A DNA stretch of 51,039 bases, from positions 35,540,161-35,591,199 of the forward strand of contig NC_057718.1 in assembly GCF_004010195.1 (NCBI RefSeq), written 5' to 3'. The notes beneath the pieces are model-generated. The model saw nothing but the letters and a program-made list of their open reading frames with translations, made no database searches and was not told where the DNA came from. Made by a program: the position numbers and the translations under genes. The stretch comes from Chiloscyllium plagiosum. Taxonomy: Eukaryota. Below are positions 1-11,684 of the stretch, one piece after another. The first letter of the stretch is position 1. Each line of letters starts with the position of its first letter.

Positions 1-59
1 TGCGTTGCAAACCAGCCAAGTGAGGCAATCTTTCTTTTCCTTTCCCACCCCAACCTCAG

Positions 60-166
60 ATGTTTTTGCTACCAGCTCGGATACCCCATTCCCCTCAGCG
101 ACAGGCCAACACAGTGGGGCTGGTTTTTGAAAGGACAAGGCTGAAGACAGAGTTTGACGGACTCAG
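60..166 (+). CDS. HAAO: HAAO internal exon (presumed exon 4): [35 protein letters not shown](R)
   Basis: Pyrimidine tract with CAG acceptor at 57-59 and GTAAAG donor at 167; 107 nt. Translation matches human HAAO [36 protein letters not shown], including the Fe-ligand His in PHSPQR. Confidence 0.95.
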
Positions 167-1311
167 GTAAAGTAAAAGGCAAAATTAATGGATGCTCTAT
201 TTGAAGAAAAAAAATGGGAATCTTGTTAAAGAGTGAACCGCTTGCTTTTACTGGCAACCTAACAGTTGCCAATTTTTAAAGCTAATTTCAATTTCTCATG
301 TTGCTGTACGGGGTTTGAACTTATACTTTCTGTATTCTCATACCAGCTACCTTGAATTACAAATTCAGTAGTATAACTGATGCATTACCACAACCTTTAT
401 GGTTGTGTCTCTGCCACATAAAACCCCTTGCACTGCAGAACTTCACTTCCACCACTGTCAATAACTATATGGCACTGTTGATATTTGACAAAGTTGAACA
501 ATTAGTGTAGTGGTTCACAGTACTTAGATTAGCTTAAATAAAGATGGAATTAAAATCAGAATTAGATTTTATTATCAACTGCCATGAAATACATGATTAC
601 GGTGGAAAGTGTACAATGTTGTCATCTTAGGTACAAAGATGCCTAGAGACAAAATCTTAGATACAAAAGTAAAAAAATATAGAAATAAAGTTAAAAGCTG
701 TACATTACAGTTCTTCTTAGTATGAGAACTCAGAGAACCTCGACACGGTCCTGTCCTCCTTAGTCCAAGAACTCCCCACCTACGTTTGGGACACCACCCA
801 CGCCCGCCACCTCCTCCATGATTTTCGCTTCCATGGCCCCCAACGCCTTATCTTCAGCATGGACATCCGGTCCCTATACACCTCCATCCCCCATCACGAA
901 GGCCTCAAAGCCCTCCGCTTCTTCCTTTCCCGCTGAACCAACCAGTACCCTTCCACTGACACCCTCCTTCGACTGACTGAACTGGTTCTCACTCTGAACA
1001 ACGTCTCTTTCCAATCCTCCCACTTCCTCCAAACCAAAGGAGTAGCCATGGGCACCCGCATGGCCCCTAGCTATGCCTGCCTCTTTGTCGGATATGTGGA
1101 ACAGTCTATCTTCCGTAGCTACACTGGCACCACCCCCCACCTTTTCCTCCGCTACATCGATGACTGTATCGGCGCTACCTTGTGCTCCCATGAGGAGGTT
1201 GAACAGTTCATCCACTTTACTAACACCTTCCACCCCGACCTCAAATTTACTTGGACCGTCTCAGACTCCTCCCTCCCCTTCCTAGACCTCTCCATTTCTA
1301 TCTCGGGCGAC

Positions 1312-2151
1312 NNNNNNNNNNNNNNNNNNNNNNNNNNNNNNNNNNNNNNNNNNNNNNNNNNNNNNNNNNNNNNNNNNNNNNNNNNNNNNNNNNNNNNNNN
1401 NNNNNNNNNNNNNNNNNNNNNNNNNNNNNNNNNNNNNNNNNNNNNNNNNNNNNNNNNNNNNNNNNNNNNNNNNNNNNNNNNNNNNNNNNNNNNNNNNNNN
1501 NNNNNNNNNNNNNNNNNNNNNNNNNNNNNNNNNNNNNNNNNNNNNNNNNNNNNNNNNNNNNNNNNNNNNNNNNNNNNNNNNNNNNNNNNNNNNNNNNNNN
1601 NNNNNNNNNNNNNNNNNNNNNNNNNNNNNNNNNNNNNNNNNNNNNNNNNNNNNNNNNNNNNNNNNNNNNNNNNNNNNNNNNNNNNNNNNNNNNNNNNNNN
1701 NNNNNNNNNNNNNNNNNNNNNNNNNNNNNNNNNNNNNNNNNNNNNNNNNNNNNNNNNNNNNNNNNNNNNNNNNNNNNNNNNNNNNNNNNNNNNNNNNNNN
1801 NNNNNNNNNNNNNNNNNNNNNNNNNNNNNNNNNNNNNNNNNNNNNNNNNNNNNNNNNNNNNNNNNNNNNNNNNNNNNNNNNNNNNNNNNNNNNNNNNNNN
1901 NNNNNNNNNNNNNNNNNNNNNNNNNNNNNNNNNNNNNNNNNNNNNNNNNNNNNNNNNNNNNNNNNNNNNNNNNNNNNNNNNNNNNNNNNNNNNNNNNNNN
2001 NNNNNNNNNNNNNNNNNNNNNNNNNNNNNNNNNNNNNNNNNNNNNNNNNNNNNNNNNNNNNNNNNNNNNNNNNNNNNNNNNNNNNNNNNNNNNNNNNNNN
2101 NNNNNNNNNNNNNNNNNNNNNNNNNNNNNNNNNNNNNNNNNNNNNNNNNNN
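1312..2151. other. Assembly gap (840 N)
   Basis: Run of N inside the Penelope-like element. Confidence 0.99.
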
Positions 2152-2205
2152 CCCCAAGTCCCTCCTCCCTACCTTTTATCTTAGCCTGCTTGGCACACCT
2201 TTCTC

Positions 2206-2241
2206 ATTCCTGAAGAAGGGCTTATGCCTGAAATGTCGATT
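2206..2241 (+). ncRNA. Minimal hammerhead-ribozyme motif, family A, partly decayed
   Basis: CUGAAGA-A-GGGC(UUAU)GCCU-GAAA-UGUC-GA. Two apparent CpG-to-TpG changes compared with the copy at 28166-28201. Confidence 0.6.
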
Positions 2242-3044
2242 CTCCTGTTCCTTGGATGCTGCCTGACCTGCTGCGCATTTCCAGCAACACATTTTTCTGC
2301 TGAGAACTCAGATACCAAGTAATGCAGTGCAAAAGATCTCAATAGAAAGATCAAAGAGATTAAAGATTAAAAAGATAGGCTAAAGAAAGCTGGAAGCTGA
2401 AGAAATCAGGAAAAGGAGCTTCCTCCTAAAGGGAAAAAAAGCACAAAGCTGAAGTCAGCCAGGGAGTTCATGAATTCTGCCAGACACAACAGAAAATTGT
2501 CAGACCTTTGAATGGCTAATTAGAAAACTGCATTGGAAAAGGGTAAGTGAGAGTGTCTAATCCAATATTTTGTTCTGTTGCTAGATTTCAAAAAGAAGAA
2601 CTGAAATTTAGATTAGAAAAATACATTCACAGAGTAATATCCTTGGAACGATAATGACAATAATTTCATTGATGAAATCAAAATCACTTTTTATAAATAT
2701 GTTTTGTGATATCCAATGCACTGCAGAAACATTCCCTTATTGTTGTTTGGTAATGAAATAAATAGCCCTATTTATCATAGGAAGAAAAATGTCAGTAGTT
2801 CACACTGCAACAGGAATGATTTACTCCACATGTGCTGGCCTTGCCAGCTGAATTGTGTTCATAAACTTTCAAAGCAGGTTCTTCTGGAAATTTGAGCGTA
2901 ACTATACATTCCACTGAATCTGGTTATACATTTTTAAGATTGCCATTTAGACAGGCTTGGGGTTTTTTTGTATTTCTGTGAGGAACAATCATATGTCACC
3001 AAAAGATGCAACTGCAAGGTTAATGCTTAGATTTCTTTTGACAG

Positions 3045-3134
3045 ATACTATGTAGACAATTCCACTGATGTACTGTTTGTGAGATGGTTCTACTGTGCAG
3101 ACTTGGGCACCCAGCTTGGTCCCATCATAAAGGA
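3045..3134 (+). CDS. HAAO: HAAO internal exon (presumed exon 5): (R)[29 protein letters not shown](E)
   Basis: TTTCTTTTGACAG acceptor and GTAAGA donor; 90 nt, phase 2-2, in frame with the previous exon. Matches human [30 protein letters not shown]. Confidence 0.95.
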
Positions 3135-3366
3135 GTAAGAAATCTTTGATAATTTTGTAAAATGTTTAAAAAAGCATTCACTCGTCATGTACAACATGAT
3201 TTTTGTTCTGCATTTCATGAACCAAAGTTCAGGTATCCTGATGCTGGATGTACACAAAAACACAATACAATATCAAATGTTTTTTTTGTTCCCCTTTTTC
3301 TGTAGGATACTAATTGTGTAACTTTATTCGCTCATTCCCTTCTTGACTCCATTGACTTCTCAATGG

Positions 3367-3478
3367 AGTGCATTCCCACTAACACTATTAGGAAAGTGCA
3401 TTCCCACTAACACTATTAGAAAAGTGCATTCCCACTAACACTATTGGGAAAGTGTATTCCCACTAACACTATTGGGAA
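3367..3478. repeat. Minisatellite, 4 x 28 bp
   Basis: AGTGCATTCCCACTAACACTATT(A/G)(G)(G/A)AA repeated head-to-tail four times without spacers. Confidence 0.95.
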
Positions 3479-3584
3479 AACCTAAACAAAGGGGTCACAA
3501 GGAGTTTAAAATAATTTACGGATTGGGGTTGGGGAAGGGATGAGGTGATTAACATTTCCAGAACATGAAACAAAAAGACATAAG

Positions 3585-3695
3585 CATGGTGGCTCAGTAG
3601 TTAGCACTGCTGCCTCACATCGCCAGTGACCCAGCCTCTTGTGACTGTCTGTGTGAAGTTTGCATATGTGCCCCATGTCTGCATGGGTTTCCTCA
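3585..3695 (+). mobile_element. tRNA-derived SINE 5' fragment (HE1/V-SINE type)
   Basis: GGTGGCTCAGTAGTTAGCACTGCTGCCTCAC head (A-box-like) followed by the TGTGTGAAGTTTGCA...GGGTTTCCTC V-domain. Confidence 0.8.
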
Positions 3696-3957
3696 AATGG
3701 GCCAAATGGCCTTCTTCCACTTTGTAAAGATTCCATATGTTGTCCATTGCTTTGTACAGTCTATTAGCTTCGACATTGAGGGCAGATATCATGTTCTGCT
3801 TCTGACTGGAATTGTTGGGAATTCTGCAGCAAATGACTCTCTGCCTGCCACATGGTCTGTCCAAAGTCTGCTAGGTGTGAGATAGAATAATCTCTACTTG
3901 TTTGAAGGAGTCAAGCTCCTGTAACACTCGAAAAAACAGTGGTGAATGGAGGATCAT

Positions 3958-5270
3958 GGCTTTGATAGGCAAGGCAAGGGACTGCTTAGTGATAGTCAAA
4001 CTGGCTTTGTGCATGGGAAATCGTGTCTCACTAACTTGAATGAATTTTTTGAAGAGGTGACAAAAAGAATTGAGGAAGTCAGAGCAGCAGATGTTGTCTG
4101 TATGGACTTCAGCAAAGCATTCAACAAGTTCCACATGGTAGACTGGTTAGCAAGGTTAGATCACATTGAACAGGGGGAGAAGTAGCCATATGGATAGAGC
4201 TGATTTGAAGGTAGGAGACAGAGGGTGGTGGTGCACAGTTGTTTTTTTGGACTGGAGATCTGACCCAGCGGTGTTCCACAAGGATCGGTGTTGAGTCCAC
4301 TGCTTTTTGTCATTTACCTAAATGATTTGGATGTGAATATAGGAGGAATGGTTATTAGGTTTGCAGATGACACCAAGATAGATGGTATAGTGGACGATGA
4401 AGAAGATTACCTCAGAGTACAACATACCTTGATCAGAAGGGCCAATGGGCCGAGGAGTGCTTGTTGAGGTTTAATTTAGAAAAATGTGAGTTGTTGCATT
4501 TTGGTAAGCCAAAACAGAGCAGAACATATATAGTTAGTGGTAAGGTTCTGAGGAGTGTTGCCTAACAAAGAGACCTAGGGGTGCAGGTCCATAGTTCTTT
4601 GAAAGTGGGATTGCAGGTAGACAGGGTGGTGAAGAAGATATTTGGCACGCTTGCCTTCATTGATCAGGACATTCAGTATAGGAATTGGGACGTCGTATTG
4701 TGGATGTGCAGGACATTGGTGAGACCACTTTTAGAATACTGCGTACAGTTCTGATCATCCATCTATAGGAAAGATGTTGTTAAACTTGAGAGAGTGCAGA
4801 AAGGATTTGCAAGGATGTTGCGGGACTAGAAGTTTTCAGTTATATGGAGAGGCTGAATAAGCTGGGGTTTATACCCCTGGAGCATCGGACACTAATGGGT
4901 GACCTTGTAGAGATATATAAAATCATGAGGGGGCATGGATAGGATGAATTGCCAAGGTCTTTTTCCTGGGGTGGGGGAGTCTAAAGCAAGAAGGCATAGG
5001 TTTAAGGTGAGAGGAGGAAAATTTTAAAATAATCTGACAGTAACTTTTTCATGCAGAGCATAGTGTGTGTATGGAATGAGCTGCCAGAGGAAGTGGTGGA
5101 GGCTGGTATAATTACAACATTTAAAAGGTATCTGGATGAGTATACAATGAGGAAGGATTTAGAGGGATATGGGCCAAATGTTGGCAAATAGAACTAGGTC
5201 AGTTTGGTATGTTTGGTTGCCATGGATAAGTTGGACCAAAAGGTCTGTTTCTGTGCTGTATGATTCTAAG
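3958..5270 (+). mobile_element. Decayed 5'-truncated CR1-clade LINE (RT plus 3' UTR)
   Basis: SQTGFVHGKSCLTNL, DFSKAF, GVPQGSVL and FADDTK motifs with stops and frameshifts; CR1-type 3' tail. Confidence 0.92.
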
Positions 5271-5837
5271 TTCCACATGAACACAATAAAGATTCCCACT
5301 TAGTCACCACAATATCCACCACCTTCAGCATTCATTCCCTCACCACCAACACAAGATCCAATGCAGAACCTGACCAAGAATATATTGATGGCAACTTTCA
5401 AACTGTCAACCTTTATCGTCCAGAAAGACAAGGACAGATAGTGTTGGATGGAAGCACTAAGTGGCATATTATCCCAACTTGGGAAGATATCACTGTTCCT
5501 TCAGCATCACTGAATCCAAATCCTGAAACTGCCCACCAACTTATTTCGCCGCAGGCATCCATGTTTCAAGGAGGTGACTCACACCCACACTGAAAGAGAG
5601 AATAGGAATGGGCAATTAATTCTGACCTTATTGGCATCATACACAACCTATGAATCAATTTTCAGAAATCTTTTTAACAAACTTGCAAAATTCTTACACT
5701 TGTATTATAAATTTAGCATTGGTGCAAGCCATGCACCAGCGCTAAGGAGAATAAACCATGTGTTCTGGCCGAAACCCACTCTGGAGCAGAGTGTTGTTAG
5801 ACTTCATATATGTAAAAAATGACTACTTTGTTCCATT

Positions 5838-6031
5838 AGGAGAAAGTGAGATGCTAGAGATCAGAGTAAAAAGGCATGGTGCTGAAAAAGCACAGCTGGT
5901 CAGGCAGCACCCGAGGAGGGGGAGAGTCAATGTTTCAGGAATTCCTAATGAAGAGCTTATGCTTGAAAAGTCGACTCTCCTGCCCCTTGTGTACTGCCTG
6001 ACTGGCTGTGCTTATCCAGCACCACATTTTT
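5838..6031. mobile_element. Short palindromic PLE pseudo-LTR insertion (family A)
   Basis: Inverted arms at about 5878-5930 and 5971-6023 around a decayed hammerhead core (CUAAUGA...GAAA). 18-bp TSD TGACTA(C/A)TTTGTTCCATT at 5820-5837 and 6032-6049. Confidence 0.8.
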
Positions 6032-6944
6032 TGACTAATTTGTTCCATTGTTGAGTTCTGTAGTGACATTGGATTCAGCTTGCAGTTACAGTCTAATCGT
6101 ACAGTTAGTGTGAGATGCAATAGCTTGACACTGGCACCACAGCTGCAGCATTAACGCACCAAAATGCACAAATATTGCAAAAAACACCCTGGGAGTTCAG
6201 GATAATGTTTCACAAGTGAGATTCCGCTATCCCAATAGCTGCTGAAATATTTCTGACCTCTGAGTATTCTCTGACTCACCAGACATGCTTTCACAATTTC
6301 TTGTTTGCAACTTCTATCAAATTCTGGAGAGTTGATAAGATAGTACATCTACAATGTAATTTGCTTAGTTTTGGTCCTGTGACTGCACCTGAACCTAAAA
6401 TTCAAATCAATTGCAGAACAGTTGTGTAACTGTTCACCATTCATCAAAAGTGCAATTTCAGTTAATAAAACTCTTTCAAAAATAAGGGAAGTTCTGACAG
6501 AGAACTTCAATTTTGCAAGTTAAATGGTGCTGAACTGTGCCATTAACAGCAAAATAAATACACAATAGTTGTTTGCAAATAGCTTTGTGATTCAGAGTGA
6601 AATTCTTGTGTTGTGGTGATTCTTATGTTCCTTTGGCTAAGTCACAACTGCATTGAGATTTTCGTGGGGGTGGGTTTTCATTTCGGGGTCCAGTGAGTTC
6701 TCTCGCCCTATCTTACCAAACTGACCTTATTAATTACCTGACACACACCTGGGGTATCGCTTATTTCTGCCCCATTTACCAGATGCCATTCTTGGTACAG
6801 TTCACTACTCTGTAGACATCTACTGAACCACCAGCATTCCTTTCGACGGCACCATCTCATATTGTCACTTACGCACCTACTTTGAAAAATAATGCGTTAT
6901 TACACAACAGCACATTTGCTTCCATCATCCTAATTATTAATATA

Positions 6945-8460
6945 TACTGTAAATATTTGTGGCCCCAGCAATCATCCCTGTAGCACTCCACTACTTACAG
7001 ATTGCCATCCTGAAAATACTTCCATTATCTGAAATCTGTCTTCTATTAGCTAGCCAATTCTCAAGTTAATGTACCACTTCTCAACGTGAGGCATGATGAC
7101 CCTCAGATTAAACTAACCATCAATTGTCTCTCTTTCTCTGTAATGAGAGAGCAGCTCTATGGTCCTCTGGGAAGTGACAATACTATGCCTTTCCGAGGTT
7201 ATTTTGTCCTTTATTTTTAAGAGAGGCTTTGAGGCAGAGATGTTGAGCAGTCTGTGAGACGATAAACAACTTGTGAAGCCTTGGATGTTTCAATTTCAAA
7301 AACTTGGAACAATAGAATCAGCCTTAATGTGTGTAGTCAAGCCCCCACCCACAGAATCAGGGTTTTCTGTTTAGCTTTCAGCAGTTGCTGTTGGGATCAT
7401 GAAAAAGTGTAAACTATTTATTTCCCTTTCTTAGTTACAGCCAAAAGCTGGGGGCTTGCTGCCCGCTACAGAAGTTGCATATAAGACAACCTGTGTCTGA
7501 ATTTGCCTTTTGCTTAGAGTGTGTTCATGGGATGTTAATATATTGGAACAGTTAATTAGTAATAGTTACTGCATCAATTATTCTGTTCAGTTTTCCAATA
7601 GAGTTGTTATTCCAATTCCTTCTCTTTTGTTGTATTTTAACAATAGTAGATGTATAAAGTGTGTTTTGCTTTAAATCCGGTAGTTTGACCAATCGAATTG
7701 CGTCTGGAATGCAACACCTTCCATTTATCTTTAAAATAAGAAAACATTAGGGCCTAGACTATCTTCTGAATATTTAGAGGTGGTTTGGTCTGGTCCATAA
7801 CAGGGACAATGGTTTTACCTTAACTTCAATACCATTGGCTCTTACATTATTAACTAATCTTCTGTGTGGTACTCTATCCTTCTGGAAATCCAAATATATT
7901 ACATCTAATGGTAACTTTCATCTACTCTGCTTGTTACAGACTCAAGGAACCATAATAAATCTGTTAAGCGTAACTTTTCTTTCATGAAGCCATGCTAAAC
8001 ACTGTGTGATTATATTACATGTTTCCAAATGTTTTGCTATTACATCTTTAATAATAAACTCTTCCATTTCCCAAGGACAGATGTTAAGCTGATTGGCCTA
8101 TACTTACCTTTATTTTGTCTCCCTTTTGAATAAAGGTGCTATATTGGCAGTTTTCCAATTCTTTGAGACTTTTCCAGAATCTAAGGATTCTTGGAAGATT
8201 ACTACCAGTGCATCCATTATTTCTGTAGCTACTTCCTTTAAAATTCTAAGATGCAACCCATCAGAGCCAGGGAAATTATTGACGTATTAGTTCCCCCTAT
8301 TCTCTGATGATAGTTATTGTGTTTATTTCTTCCCTACTCTCTTTAGCCCATTGATGATTTGATATGTTTGTAATGATATTAGTGTCCTCTTACTGGAAGA
8401 CTGATACACAATATTTGTGCAACACCTCTACCTTTTCTGGGCTGCTCCTTATTATTTGTT
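6945..8460 (-). mobile_element. Old CR1 LINE fragments (about 6945-7075 and 7835-8460) interrupted by later insertions
   Basis: Reverse-complement CR1 RT-like sequence (e.g. CTTCTGGAAATCCAAATATATTACATC, CATGAAGCCATGCT), heavily mutated. Confidence 0.6.
7197..7802 (+). mobile_element. Possible solo LTR
   Basis: About 600 bp non-coding insert splitting a CR1, ending ...GGTCCATAACA, with a polyA-signal-like region upstream. The 5' boundary is uncertain. Confidence 0.35.
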
Positions 8461-8484
8461 GCTATAAAAACTGAATGGCCTGAA

Positions 8485-10010
8485 GGTGGATAAATACCCT
8501 GGGCTAGATGGACCACGCCCCATAGTTCTAAGGGAGATAGCTGAAGAGATAGTGGAGGTGTTAGTGGTGATCTTTCAGGAATTGCTAGAATCAGGGAGGG
8601 TCCCAAAGGACTGGAAAATTGCTAACTTGGCACCCTGTTTAAAAAGGGAGGAAGACAAAAGAGGGGAGATTACAGACCAATTAGTCTAATCTTGGTTGTG
8701 GGTAAGATCCTGGAATCCATTGTGAACAATGAGATTTCTGAATACTTGGAAGTTTATGGTAAACTAGGGCAAAGTCAGCATGGTTTCATCAAGGGGAGGT
8801 TGCGCTTGACAAATCTGCTAGAATTCTTCGAGGAAATAATGAACAGGTTAGACCAAGGAGAGCCAATGGATGTTATCTTCCTGGACTTCAAGAAGGCCTT
8901 TGACAATGTGCCAAATAAGAGTCTACTAAGTAAGATAAGGGCCCATGGCTTCAGAGGCAGGATGCTAGCAGAGAGTAGAGATAAGAGGATTCTTCTCAGG
9001 ATGGCAGCTGGTGACAAGTGGTGTTCCACTAGGCTCAGTGTTAGGACCACAACTTTTCACTTTATACATCAATGATCTCGAAGGAACAGAGGGTATTCTG
9101 GCTAAGTTTACAGATGATACAAAGAGAGGGAGAAAGATAGATCGCATTGAGGAGACATGGAGACTGCAGAAGTATTTGGACAGGTTAGGAGAGTGGGTAA
9201 AGAAGTGGCAGATGGAATACAATGTGGGAAAGTGTGAGATCATGTACTTTAGTAGGAAGAATAGAGGCATGGACTATTTTCTAACTGGGGAGAAAATTCA
9301 GAAGGTTGAAGTGCAAAGAGACTTGGGAGTTCTGGTCCAGTATTCTCTCAAGATAAATTTGCAGGTCGATGGCATTTATCTTGCAATGATGGCATTTATT
9401 TTGAGAGGACTTGAATATAAAATCAGGGATGTATTTTAAAGCTCTATAAGGCTCTTGTCAGGCCACATTTGGAGTATTGTGCGCAGTTTTAGGTCCCATA
9501 TTTCAGGAAGAATGTACTGGCCCTGGAGCGTGTTCAGTGGAGGTTCATGCAAATGGCCCCAGGAATGAAAAGCTTAACATATGAGGAATGTTTTAGGACT
9601 CTGGGTTTATACTCAATGGAGTTTAGAAAGATGAGGGGAGATCTAATTGAAATATACAGCAGACTGAATGGCCTAGACAGAGTGCATGTTGGGAAGATGT
9701 TTCCATTGGTAGGAGAGACTAGGACCCGAGGGCACAGCCTTAGATTAAAGGGAAGATCTTTTAGAATGGAAATAAGGAGAAACTTCTTCAGCCAGTGAGT
9801 GGTGAATCTGTGGAATTCATTGCCCTGGAAGGCTGTGGAGGCCAGGTCATTGAGTATATTTAAGACGGAGATAGATAGGTTATTGAGTATCAAGGGTTAC
9901 GGGCAAAAAGCGGGAAAATGGGGTTGGGAAACTTATCAGCCATGATTGAATGGCGGAGCAGACTCAAAGGGCTGAATGGCCTAATTTCTGCTCCTATGTC
10001 TTATGGTCTG
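8485..10010 (+). mobile_element. Decayed CR1 LINE (second subfamily)
   Basis: PGLDG, DWKIAN, SQHGFIKGR, DFKKAFD, GVPLGSVLGP, FTDDTK and RRNFFSQ motifs; TCCTATGTCTTATG tail. Confidence 0.92.
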
Positions 10011-10249
10011 ATCATCTGATTTGCCCAGCCTTGCTCTCTCAGGAGCTTATGCTCATTGTTGCCTCTTTTTCCTTTTACAGACATCTGCTTCTGTTTACAT
10101 TTTATCTCCATTGCATTTGTTGATATTGCTCCATGTAGACTTGCTTATTTATCTTTAGAATTTCAAGTAATGTTGTTGAATAACATATTCCACTAGAAAC
10201 GCCATTTAGTGCAACAGTTATCTCTGCCAGTGTTGGTGTACCACATGGT

Positions 10250-10577
10250 CCAAGTGGATCGTGGGAAGATGTTTCCATTGATAGGAGAGACTAGGACCCA
10301 AGGGCACAGCCTTAAAGTAAAGGGAAGACATTTTAGAACAGAGATAAGGAGAAACTTCTTCAGCCAGAGAGTGGTGAATCTATGGAATTCACTGTCACAG
10401 AAGGCTGTGGAGGCCAGGTCATTGAGTATATTTAAGACAGAGATTGATAGCTTCTTGATTGTCAAGAAAAAGTGGGAGAATGGGGTTGAGAAACTTCTCA
10501 GCCATAATTGAATGGCGGAGCAGACTCAATGGGCTGAATGGCGTAATCTCTACTCCTATGTCTTATGGGCTTATGGT
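10250..10577 (+). mobile_element. CR1 3' end fragment, same subfamily as 8485-10010
   Basis: Highly similar to about 9685-10010 (GKMFPL.GETRT.GHSL...RRNFFSQRVVNLWNSL). Confidence 0.88.
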
Positions 10578-10704
10578 CCTTCTGTGCTCTTACTCCATCT
10601 TTCTTCATTCAGTCGAATAATGTGAATGTTTCTGGCCACTCTTCTTCAAGCCGAGTAAGTATTGCTCAAATCAGTTGGAGAACATTATTTCCTTTATCTT
10701 ACAG

Positions 10705-10748
10705 ATTTTTCAACTCTAAAGAATGTAGAACTGGGAAACCAAATCCAG
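10705..10748 (+). CDS. HAAO: HAAO internal exon (presumed exon 6): (E)FFNSKECRTGKPNP(D)
   Basis: TTTATCTTACAG acceptor and GTACAG donor; 44 nt, phase 2-1. Matches human FFSSEQYRTGKPIPD. Confidence 0.93.
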
Positions 10749-11038
10749 GTACAGAATATATCCAAATAATTTAAGCCTGCGCTATTGATATCATCTGACT
10801 TTAAAACGTTTGTTTTTATTTGATTTTTATCATGCAAGTAAAGTGCCTAGCATAAGATTTGTGCATGGAGAACACAGCAGACTTCGCATTTTTGCACTTA
10901 ACAGCACCACTGAGTACTTGTGTGTCAAGATTTAGAATGAATCTCTGTCACATTGTTATAGTTGTGATATTTAGCTATTACTTGGTAAATAAAGATTATC
11001 AATATTAACTGTGACTTTATCTCTTGCTTGATTCACAG

Positions 11039-11187
11039 ACAAGTTGCAGAAAGAACTTCCATTTTGTCTAAACACTATTAGCACTGTTATGAAACCATTT
11101 TCACTTCAAGATTGGCTCTGCCAGCACAATCAGGATATCAAAGAAAAGTGTGTTATTGACATGTTTGGTGATCAGTTTGAGACCAAG
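11039..11187 (+). CDS. HAAO: HAAO internal exon (presumed exon 7): (D)KLQKELPFCLNTISTVMKPFSLQDWLCQHNQDIKEKCVIDMFGDQFETK
   Basis: ATTCACAG acceptor and GTGAAA donor; 149 nt, phase 1-0. Aligns to human [25 protein letters not shown]...LFGDTYETQ. Confidence 0.92.
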
Positions 11188-11302
11188 GTGAAAGAAAGAG
11201 TTTAATTCTGTTAGAGATTTGTTGAGCTTGGTTGCAATAATTTATATTATCATCGGTTTGTGCCTGTTAATTGTGATGTGCCTGTTTGTGTGGTTCTGAC
11301 AG

Positions 11303-11368
11303 ACAGTAGTGTATGCAACTGGAGAGAGTGAGGAAAAGCAGAGTGCAGACACCTGGATATGGCAGCTG
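11303..11368 (+). CDS. HAAO: HAAO internal exon (presumed exon 8): TVVYATGESEEKQSADTWIWQL
   Basis: TTCTGACAG acceptor and GTAAGG donor; 66 nt, phase 0-0. Matches human [23 protein letters not shown]. Confidence 0.9.
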
Positions 11369-11684
11369 GTAAGGGGCTTTAATGTTCATCTCATAATATT
11401 TTTCTGACATTCTTAAGCATGAATCAAATCTAGCTTTCAGTTCTTCCATATGCTTTCAGAATAAGGTTTAATTTTTGCCTCATAGCTGGCAGGCAGAGCT
11501 ACTGCAGCTTAAAGATATATCTTTGTCTAGATGCCAATGGTTCACAAATGGCCGGCATCATATGGTCCACACTGAATGAAATCACTGTCATCTTGGCCAC
11601 GACTTTCAAAAGCTACAGCTAAGGTATTCATCAGCTATATGGGCAGAGCACAAGCATGGAAAAAAAATCAAGATAAACATGGAA

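Larger units (their letters stand above)
735..2300 (+). mobile_element. 5'-truncated Penelope-like element (RT fragment, gap, 3' pseudo-LTR)
   Basis: PLE-type RT motifs (QTKGVAMGTRMAPSYACLFVG, FLRYIDD, LKFT, LPFLDL). 3' terminal repeat at about 2200-2300. Perfect 12-bp duplication TGAGAACTCAGA at 723-734 and 2301-2312. Confidence 0.88.

Noticed and set aside
1048..2213. Long ORFs of 291-378 aa
   Set aside because: Their length comes from the N gap; only the first 88 or so codons of the PLE RT frame are real.
3367..3478. 28-bp partly palindromic repeats resembling a CRISPR array
   Set aside because: The units are directly adjacent with no unique spacers, there are no cas genes, and the context is a eukaryotic intron.
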